From positions 1 through 64,000 of IMG/VR virus record IMGVR_UViG_3300047561_000814: a stretch of DNA of 64,000 bases; one strand, 5' to 3'. Shown here in pieces: positions 58,019 to 64,000 of this stretch. Every line of letters begins with the position of its first letter. Position 1 is the first letter of the stretch. Origin of the DNA: a virus. Its lineage: Duplodnaviria > Caudoviricetes. Below the pieces are notes generated by a model. It searched no databases and was not told where the DNA came from. It saw only the letters and a program-made list of their open reading frames with translations. The position numbers and the translations under genes were made by a program.

Positions 58019-58276
58019 ATGACTAATATTGTTGAAGATCATCCAAGCGTAGTTTCAAAAAAGTATATACTAAATGCCAGTGATCGTTGCGATAAATGTA
58101 CTGCTCAAGCCTTAATTAAGGTTAAGGGCTTGTCGGGAGAGTTAACATTTTGCAGTCATCATTATGAAAAAATAATGAATAGTTCTGAATCACATAATAA
58201 AATGATGGCTTTTTTAGTAGAAATTCTTGATGAGCGTGAAAAACTTATTAAAGACAAACCAGTGGGAGGCATATAA
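58019..58276 (+). CDS. Hypothetical protein with a CxxC...CxHH motif
   Basis: DRCDKCTAQA...LTFCSHH. Start uncertain (58004, 58013 or 58019). Confidence 0.6.
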   Translation: MTNIVEDHPSVVSKKYILNASDRCDKCTAQALIKVKGLSGELTFCSHHYEKIMNSSESHNKMMAFLVEILDEREKLIKDKPVGGI

Positions 58277-58842
58277 TGTTATACAATAAAGAAATTTTAG
58301 ATTTTAGATTTTCTTACATTAAAAACTATAATATTGAAAAAATAAAAAAAATTGTTAAAAATCTTGAAAATGAATGGTTAGTTGATCATTCTAGGCAAGA
58401 TATGTTTTATGTACATAGATATACAAACTCATACATTATAAATAAAGTTTCGCTTGACTGGAAACAAGGAGAGCCATTGCAGTCAATAAATAAATTAGAA
58501 TCAACAGAACTTTCAGAACTTGCATTAGAAATTGCTTGTGATTTAGAAAAACAAATTGATGGAAAAATGGGTCAAGTTTTATTTACAAAACTTCCTGCAA
58601 AAAAAATTATTGATCCTCACGAAGACCATGGAGATTATTTACACTGTGTTGCACGTCATCACATTCCAATTATTACAAATTTAGGGGTAAGGTTTATTAT
58701 AGATGGAGAAGGCCGACATGTTCCAGAGGGTGAGTGCTGGGAAATAAATAATAACAAAACACATGCAGTTGAAAATAATGGAGAAGAGGACCGAATTCAT
58801 CTTTTAATTGACATAATACCAAATAAATATTTAACAGTATAA
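58276..58842 (+). CDS. Aspartyl/asparaginyl beta-hydroxylase-like 2OG-Fe(II) oxygenase
   Basis: IDPHED (HxD), RHHIPIITN and WEINNNKTHAVENNGEEDRIHLLID. Confidence 0.85.
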   Translation: MLYNKEILDFRFSYIKNYNIEKIKKIVKNLENEWLVDHSRQDMFYVHRYTNSYIINKVSLDWKQGEPLQSINKLESTELSELALEIACDLEKQIDGKMGQVLFTKLPAKKIIDPHEDHGDYLHCVARHHIPIITNLGVRFIIDGEGRHVPEGECWEINNNKTHAVENNGEEDRIHLLIDIIPNKYLTV

Positions 58843-58866
58843 ATAATTAAAAAGAAATGGAGAAAA

Positions 58867-59274
58867 ATGTACGAATACTTTGTTAGAGAAGTAAAAAATG
58901 TTGTTGATGGAGACACCATTGACGTAGTTATTGATTTAGGGTTTGATATTTTATTTGAATCCCGTGTTCGTTTGGCTGGTATTGATACGCCAGAGTCACG
59001 GACAACAGATAAGGCTGAAAAGGCTCTTGGTCTTGAGGCTAAGGAATATTTAAAAAAACAACTTAAGGATGCTAAGTCAGTTGTCATTCGTACAGAAAAA
59101 ATGGATTCATCAGAAAAGTATGGTCGTATTCTTGGTTGGGTTTATGTTAATGGGGAATCAGATTCCGTAAACAATAAAATGATTAAAGATGGTTATGCTT
59201 GGGGATATCTTGGTGATACAAAAATTAAAGATTTTGAAATTCTTAAAAAGGCTAGATCAAAGTCTGGTAAATGA
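58867..59274 (+). CDS. Thermonuclease (SNase-like)
   Basis: VVDGDTID, VRLAGIDTPE and EKYGRILG. Confidence 0.9.
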   Translation: MYEYFVREVKNVVDGDTIDVVIDLGFDILFESRVRLAGIDTPESRTTDKAEKALGLEAKEYLKKQLKDAKSVVIRTEKMDSSEKYGRILGWVYVNGESDSVNNKMIKDGYAWGYLGDTKIKDFEILKKARSKSGK

Positions 59275-59543
59275 AAAACGTTTTTTATTTTACAGCAGAC
59301 TGGTGTAGTCCTTGTAAAAAAACAAGACCAGTTGTTGAGGAATTAAAAAAAGAAGGTTTTCAATTTCAAATGATAGATGTTGATTACGAACAACTTTTGG
59401 CTAAACAGTTTCAGGTTAAATCAATTCCTACATTTATTTTATTAGAAGACGGCAAAGAACTTGATCGTGTAACTGGGGCACAAACAAGGGCAGAGTTGGA
59501 GAACTTTATTAATTATGAAAAAATTATTCAAGAGAATATTTAA
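59271..59543 (+). CDS. Thioredoxin
   Basis: FTADWCSPCK and VKSIPTF. Confidence 0.9.
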   Translation: MKNVFYFTADWCSPCKKTRPVVEELKKEGFQFQMIDVDYEQLLAKQFQVKSIPTFILLEDGKELDRVTGAQTRAELENFINYEKIIQENI

Positions 59544-59892
59544 TCCAGATGGGAAAAGCATGAGTTCAGATGAAAATGAAATGATTGAAAAGTTGATCCT
59601 TGAGGGTGGACTAGAGGTTGCGGGTATTGATTCTGAAAACGGATCATTCCTATATTCATTTACACCTAAAATTAAAGAACTAATGCCAGAACTTTATAAT
59701 GATCATCTTAATAGAGTCAATGCTGAGATACTTTCTTTATGGGAAAGAGCCTACGTAGACATAGATTTTTTGGCAAAAGAGCCAGTGGTAACTCTTACAG
59801 ATAAGTCTTTTGATCCAGTAGAAATGTCAAAACTACGCAAGCAAGACGTTTGGGCTATAGAAGAACTTAAACGCCTTACTCGTAAAAAATAA
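59515..59892 (+). CDS. Hypothetical protein
   Basis: 125-aa ORF in operon context. Confidence 0.55.
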   Translation: MKKLFKRIFNPDGKSMSSDENEMIEKLILEGGLEVAGIDSENGSFLYSFTPKIKELMPELYNDHLNRVNAEILSLWERAYVDIDFLAKEPVVTLTDKSFDPVEMSKLRKQDVWAIEELKRLTRKK

Positions 59893-59910
59893 GTCTGATA
59901 TAATAAAAGC

Positions 59911-60678
59911 ATGAGTCATGTTGTAGAAGGCGATTTCGTAATGTTTGTTCATGAAGATGATGGAATTATGGCTGGTCGTGTTGAATATGTTATGACTAAT
60001 CCTGGCTTACTTGGTATTCCTGGCTCTGAATACTCAATGGAATATGCTGAAGATGATAAACCAGTCATTGTTCGTGCTTATAAAGAAGAAGATGGCGCAT
60101 GGGAAGAACAGCCATACGTTTTCTATCATCGCATGTCAGAAGTTGTGAAGATTGAATCACTATCTGTATCTGTTGATATGGTAATGGAAATTGGATCAAG
60201 TGGAACTGGAATTCCAACAATGCCATCGCAATCCGATATGGAAAACATGTATGCTGTTCAAATAGGAAAATCTTATAACTCAGATAATCAAGATGAAGAT
60301 AAATGGGATAACATGGAAAAAAAGTGCTGGGTTGGATATGAACAACGTGGCATGAAAGACAAGGGTGGACGAATGGTTCCTAATTGCGTTCCTGTTGGCA
60401 AATTAAATGAAATGGATGACAACATGGGAAAAGCAAAACCAAAATATGAAGACTTTATTAAACCAAGAAGTGGTGGAACTGAGCCATCTAATCCAAAACT
60501 TTATGCAACAGTTGTTCAAGCAGCAAAAGATAAGTTTGACGTTTATCCATCTGCAGTAGCAAATTCCTGGGTAGTGCAAGAATATAAGCGTCGTGGTGGC
60601 ACATACAAATCAGAATCAAAATCTACAACCAAAAGTATTTGGGGTGGAGCATTTGATCCTTTGACATTGGAAAAATAA
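59911..60678 (+). CDS. Modular hypothetical protein, candidate internal head protein
   Basis: Modules CWVGYEQRGMKDKGGRMVPNCVP and KFDVYPSAVANSWVVQEYKRRGGTY, C-terminal KSIWGGAF. Leaderless TGATATAAT promoter at 59896-59904. Confidence 0.6.
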   Translation: MSHVVEGDFVMFVHEDDGIMAGRVEYVMTNPGLLGIPGSEYSMEYAEDDKPVIVRAYKEEDGAWEEQPYVFYHRMSEVVKIESLSVSVDMVMEIGSSGTGIPTMPSQSDMENMYAVQIGKSYNSDNQDEDKWDNMEKKCWVGYEQRGMKDKGGRMVPNCVPVGKLNEMDDNMGKAKPKYEDFIKPRSGGTEPSNPKLYATVVQAAKDKFDVYPSAVANSWVVQEYKRRGGTYKSESKSTTKSIWGGAFDPLTLEK

Positions 60679-60836
60679 TGTCTAAAAAATCTTCAGGATC
60701 TTATTTTAAAAATTACGGGTTTAATCCAATACAAATTAAAGACGGCAGAATTGTTCGTTTAAGAAAAGATGGTAGTGTTAAAGCGGACTTAGGTCCATAT
60801 CCAAAAACAAAGATAGGGGTAACTCATGGCAAATAA
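60678..60836 (+). CDS. Small basic hypothetical protein (52 aa, not in the ORF track)
   Basis: TAATG coupling. Reads MSKKSSGSYF...IKDGRIVRLRKDG...HGK. Confidence 0.55.
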   Translation: MSKKSSGSYFKNYGFNPIQIKDGRIVRLRKDGSVKADLGPYPKTKIGVTHGK

Positions 60837-60930
60837 AGAACAAAAAGGTAATGCTAATAAAAAGAAAGAGCCAAAGATGACTCTTAAAGAAAAACGTGCT
60901 GTTAAGCAAGAAAAAAAGAAATCAAAATGA
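60826..60930 (+). CDS. Very basic 34-aa peptide
   Basis: AGGGG RBS. Reads MANKEQKGNANKKKEPKMTLKEKRAVKQEKKKSK. Confidence 0.55.
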   Translation: MANKEQKGNANKKKEPKMTLKEKRAVKQEKKKSK

Positions 60931-61034
60931 ATACATTTTATTTCTTGCATTCTTTAGTAATAGGTTTGTTAATGATTGGATCATTTTTTTGGGGTAAGTC
61001 TTATGAAACAAATAGGGTAAAGAAAAATGGCTGA
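60927..61034 (+). CDS. Small single-TM peptide (35 aa)
   Basis: ATGA overlap. Reads MNTFYFLHSLVIGLLMIGSFFWGKSY... Confidence 0.45.
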   Translation: MNTFYFLHSLVIGLLMIGSFFWGKSYETNRVKKNG

Positions 61035-61395
61035 TACATACACACCTACTTCAGGTATGAAGGCTGCTGCTCGTCGTGCTTTAAAATGGAAAGCAGATGG
61101 CAAGGCAACTGGTGCAGGAACTCCAGTAGGTTGGGGTAGAGCAACAGATATTGTAAATGGATCTGCTATGTCTCTTAGTACTGTTAAGAGAATGTATTCT
61201 TTTTTTTCCCGTCATGAGGTAGATAAAAAGGGTAAGGGTTTTTATTCTGGTCCAGATTTTCCATCTAATGGAAAAATTATGTGGGATGCTTGGGGTGGCG
61301 ATGCAGGATTTTCATGGAGCCGTGCAATTGTAGAAAGAGAAAAAAAGAAAGTAGAAAAGGTTTGGCAGGGAACTGCCTTTGATCTAAGAAAGTAG
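61027..61395 (+). CDS. Hypothetical protein, candidate internal head protein
   Basis: ARRALKW...GTPVGWGRA...TVKRMYSFFSRHE...WDAWGGDAG, C-terminal EKVWQGTAFDL. Confidence 0.65.
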   Translation: MADTYTPTSGMKAAARRALKWKADGKATGAGTPVGWGRATDIVNGSAMSLSTVKRMYSFFSRHEVDKKGKGFYSGPDFPSNGKIMWDAWGGDAGFSWSRAIVEREKKKVEKVWQGTAFDLRK

Positions 61396-61402
61396 TGGGT
61401 AT

Positions 61403-61564
61403 ATGGATAATTTAGAAAAAAATGAGTTAATTCAGTTAATATCATTTTATAAGCAAAAACTATCTGACGTAGAACTAGAGTCATTAAAACTACAACTTGA
61501 AGTTAATAAACTTAACTCTATGGTTTTAGGCTTGAGCAAAGAATCAGTTAAAAAAACTAAATAA
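61403..61564 (+). CDS. Small coiled-coil protein (53 aa, not in the ORF track)
   Basis: MDNLEKNELIQLISFYKQKLSDVELESLKLQLEVNKL... fills the intergenic gap. Confidence 0.55.
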   Translation: MDNLEKNELIQLISFYKQKLSDVELESLKLQLEVNKLNSMVLGLSKESVKKTK

Positions 61565-61565
61565 A

Positions 61566-61994
61566 ATGGAATATTTATTAGTTATGGGCTTGACATTGCT
61601 GGCCTACTGGTCTATAATTAAGATATCAAATAAAAAAAGAATATCATTTTTAAAAAAAATTAAATATCGGCAAAGCAATATTCATGAAATGATTAAAGAT
61701 GTTATTCCAAAAGAAAGGTTTGAGAAGCCTAAGTTTATTACTCAATCTCAAAGACATATTCAAAAAAATATGTTAAAAGTAGTAATAGAAAAAGATAAAG
61801 CATATTGGATAATGGATAATGTTTTTTATACTGCTGATGCTATTAATGGCAGGGTAGATGAAAATACAGCAAAACCATTAGATATTGAAAATATGCCAAC
61901 AAAAGAATTAGATAATATGTTATCAATACTTGATGACTTAAAACAAGGAGTGGGACCAAATGATAGTGGCAGTACAGGGAACAAAAGAGTTTAA
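61566..61994 (+). CDS. Hypothetical protein with N-terminal membrane anchor
   Basis: Hydrophobic N-terminus and AYWIMDNVFYTAD. Confidence 0.6.
   Translation: MEYLLVMGLTLLAYWSIIKISNKKRISFLKKIKYRQSNIHEMIKDVIPKERFEKPKFITQSQRHIQKNMLKVVIEKDKAYWIMDNVFYTADAINGRVDENTAKPLDIENMPTKELDNMLSILDDLKQGVGPNDSGSTGNKRV
61590..61618 (+). promoter_or_regulatory. Perfect consensus sigma70 promoter inside a CDS
   Basis: TTGACA-17 nt-TATAAT. Confidence 0.6.
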
Positions 61995-62310
61995 CCAGTA
62001 CAACATTTTTCTACGTGCCATGAGTGTTGCCTTATCAGGAATGAAAGATGAAGATAGTGAGTTCATTATTTATTCCGCTGGCCCATCAAAAATAAATAAT
62101 TTTGTTTCAGAGTTCTCTAATTTATCAGAACGTGGAATGAAGGCAAGAGGCAAAAAAATTAAATTTTATAATGTAGCACCCGTATGGTTGAGTGAGCATA
62201 TAAAGCAAATTAATTATTTTGCTTTTTTAAGTAATCCAAAAGAACCAAAATCAAAATTGGTTTTAACTGCAGAAGCAAACAACATTGACGTTGGTCTTTT
62301 TAAGTATTAG
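61960..62310 (+). CDS. SLOG/YspA-like protein (putative)
   Basis: MIVAVQGTKEFNQY N-terminus resembles YspA/DUF2493-type SLOG domains. Confidence 0.45.
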   Translation: MIVAVQGTKEFNQYNIFLRAMSVALSGMKDEDSEFIIYSAGPSKINNFVSEFSNLSERGMKARGKKIKFYNVAPVWLSEHIKQINYFAFLSNPKEPKSKLVLTAEANNIDVGLFKY

Positions 62311-62318
62311 GAGAAAAA

Positions 62319-62528
62319 ATGATTATTAGAAGTTTAAAGACAATGGAAAAAATTGTAAATAAAAACGAAAACCTTATTTGGCATGCGTGGGATGTAATTG
62401 ATTTAAAAGAATCTGATACAGCAAAAACCTCTCCTATGGGCATTAGAGTAAAAAACAAATGGTATCTGCATAGAATTTATAAGCCTGGTCGCAATGGTTG
62501 GGATATACCAAATAAGTATAAGGATTAA
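62319..62528 (+). CDS. Hypothetical protein
   Basis: AGGAG RBS, 69 aa, Trp-rich. Confidence 0.6.
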   Translation: MIIRSLKTMEKIVNKNENLIWHAWDVIDLKESDTAKTSPMGIRVKNKWYLHRIYKPGRNGWDIPNKYKD

Positions 62529-62530
62529 CC

Positions 62531-62815
62531 TTGAAACAGCATTTATGGAAAGACCAAGCCTTGTGTTTGGGAACGGATAACAACGCATTTTTTGATAAAT
62601 ACGAAGACCATGAGGGATCTAGAAGAGACATTGATTCACTTTGCAAACAGTGCCCAGTTAGAAAAGTATGCTTTGCTAATGGCGTTTCAGGAAAAGAGTG
62701 GGGTGTTTGGGGTGGGGTATACTTAGAAGGTGGAGAAGTTTCAAGAGAGTTTAATAAACATAAAACCAAAGAAGATTGGTCTAAAACATGGCAATCACTA
62801 ACAATGGAGGAATAG
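62531..62815 (+). CDS. whiB: WhiB-family Fe-S transcription factor
   Basis: W...ALC...CKQCPVRKVC...GVWGG signature. Confidence 0.92.
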   Translation: MKQHLWKDQALCLGTDNNAFFDKYEDHEGSRRDIDSLCKQCPVRKVCFANGVSGKEWGVWGGVYLEGGEVSREFNKHKTKEDWSKTWQSLTMEE

Positions 62816-62819
62816 TAAA

Positions 62820-63575
62820 ATGATTATACAAATTATAGGTTTACCAGGATCTGGCAAAACGACATTAGCAAAAGAATTAGTAAAAAAAATTAATGCAATT
62901 CATCTCAATGCTGATGAAGTAAGATCTGATTTAAATAAAGACTTAGGTTTTACCTTAGAAGATAGGATTGAGCAGTCTCGTCGTATGGGGGCTTTGTCAA
63001 GACTTCTTTCAAATCAGGGGTATGACGTTGTTGTAGACTTTGTTAATCCAACAAAAGAAACAAGAGATGCTTTTGGAAAACCAGATAGACTTATTTGGAT
63101 GAATACATTTGAAAAAAGTAAATATCCAGATACAGACAAAATGTTTCAATATCCAGAAACTTTTGATATGTGTTTTGATAAAACAATTCCAATGGAAGAA
63201 AGAATTAACATAATCATTGAAGGTTTTGGATTACATGACTGGAGCAAGCCAACTACATTAATGCTTGGTCGTTATCAACCATGGCATGAAGGACATCATG
63301 CTCTTTATACAGAAGCGCAAAATCGTACAGAGCAAGTAATGGTTGGCGTTAGGGATACACATGGAACAACAGAGAAAGATCCTCTTACCTTTGATGAAGT
63401 AAGAGAATATATATCAAAAGATTCATACATGGATAAAGCAATGGTAATTAAAATGCCAAACATTACAAATATTGTTTATGGTCGTGATGTAGGATATAAG
63501 ATTGAACAAGTAGATTTGGGGGCAGACATTCATGCTATTTCGGCTACTGAAAAACGTAAAGAATTGGGTATTTAG
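62820..63575 (+). CDS. Adenylylsulfate kinase-like domain fused to a HIGH-family nucleotidyltransferase
   Basis: GLPGSGKTT, LNADEVRSDLNKDLGFTLEDRIEQSRR (CysC-like), then GRYQPWHEGH and ISATEKR. Confidence 0.8.
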   Translation: MIIQIIGLPGSGKTTLAKELVKKINAIHLNADEVRSDLNKDLGFTLEDRIEQSRRMGALSRLLSNQGYDVVVDFVNPTKETRDAFGKPDRLIWMNTFEKSKYPDTDKMFQYPETFDMCFDKTIPMEERINIIIEGFGLHDWSKPTTLMLGRYQPWHEGHHALYTEAQNRTEQVMVGVRDTHGTTEKDPLTFDEVREYISKDSYMDKAMVIKMPNITNIVYGRDVGYKIEQVDLGADIHAISATEKRKELGI

Positions 63576-63640
63576 TTTTGGGAAAGGCATTGCAGATGCA
63601 GAAGATAGATTTGTTAAAAGCATGTTTGAAGAAGATATAG

Positions 63641-63847
63641 ATGATGAAAGTAACAAAGACTAGATCATTTATTAAAGCATTAAGTTATAGAATTTGGGGA
63701 ACCCTTTCATCTGTTGCTGTTGCTTATGTTATTACAAAAAATGCTTCACTTTCTATAACAATTGCTTTTTGGGAAACCGTTGTTAAAATATTTATTTACT
63801 ACGCACATGAGCGTGGCTGGAATAAAGTTCAGTGGGGAAGAAAATGA
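63641..63847 (+). CDS. DUF2061-like small membrane protein
   Basis: RSFIKALSYRIWGT...YYAHERGWNKVQWG. Confidence 0.8.
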   Translation: MMKVTKTRSFIKALSYRIWGTLSSVAVAYVITKNASLSITIAFWETVVKIFIYYAHERGWNKVQWGRK

Positions 63848-64000
63848 TGTATACGGAAGAAATGCGTAGGGCTGTGCATTCAATTACACCGCCTAAAGGA
63901 TTTGGCGTTGAGATTATTGACAATGAGCACTTCCTTACGGTAAAATTAGATGAAAGAAAATTTTTGCACATGGTGCATGATGATAAAATATCAGCGCTCC
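63844..64000 (+). CDS. Hypothetical protein, 3'-truncated by the window end
   Basis: ATGA overlap. Reads MMYTEEMRRAVHSITPPKGFGVEIIDNEHFL..., open to the end. Confidence 0.55.
   Translation, partial: MMYTEEMRRAVHSITPPKGFGVEIIDNEHFLTVKLDERKFLHMVHDDKISAL

Noticed and set aside
1-64000. Alternative genetic code or prophage/integration features
   Set aside because: Genes are intact in the standard code with TAA, TAG and TGA all used as stops. No integrase, att-like junction or run of host housekeeping genes appears in this window.

Overview
This window is a 64 kb segment of a large, AT-rich (about one-third GC by eye) dsDNA siphovirus-type phage genome. All credible genes are on the + strand. 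WhiB, DnaE, RecA, a class II RNR, leaderless-type promoters and host-like secreted Ala/Thr/Val-rich proteins point to an actinobacterial host, probably low-GC freshwater Actinobacteria (inference). Gene order: tail-fibre genes; nrdJ; head module (portal, protease-scaffold, major capsid protein); neck and tail module (major tail protein, two chaperones, 2149-aa tape measure, minor tail proteins); replication and recombination (DnaB, primase, SSB, DnaE, RecA, Cas4-like, RuvC-like); terminase; host-surface-like proteins; lysis genes; and an accessory region (Ntn protease, two tRNAs, Hsp20, 2OG hydroxylase, SNase, thioredoxin, WhiB, CysC-nucleotidyltransferase fusion). The most notable observations are: (1) a C-terminal K-x(1-2)-W-x-G-x(1-2)-F peptide shared by the scaffold and two distant accessory proteins, a candidate capsid cargo-loading signal; (2) a ROSE-like RNA thermometer in front of hsp20; (3) tail chaperones G and G-T encoded as duplicated genes instead of by a frameshift; (4) a nested scaffold start inside the protease gene; (5) a possible minimal PAPS-synthase fusion; (6) phage-borne cell-surface proteins; (7) AT-rich single-gene insertions in core operons. 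All calls come from reading motifs by eye; no database searches were run.
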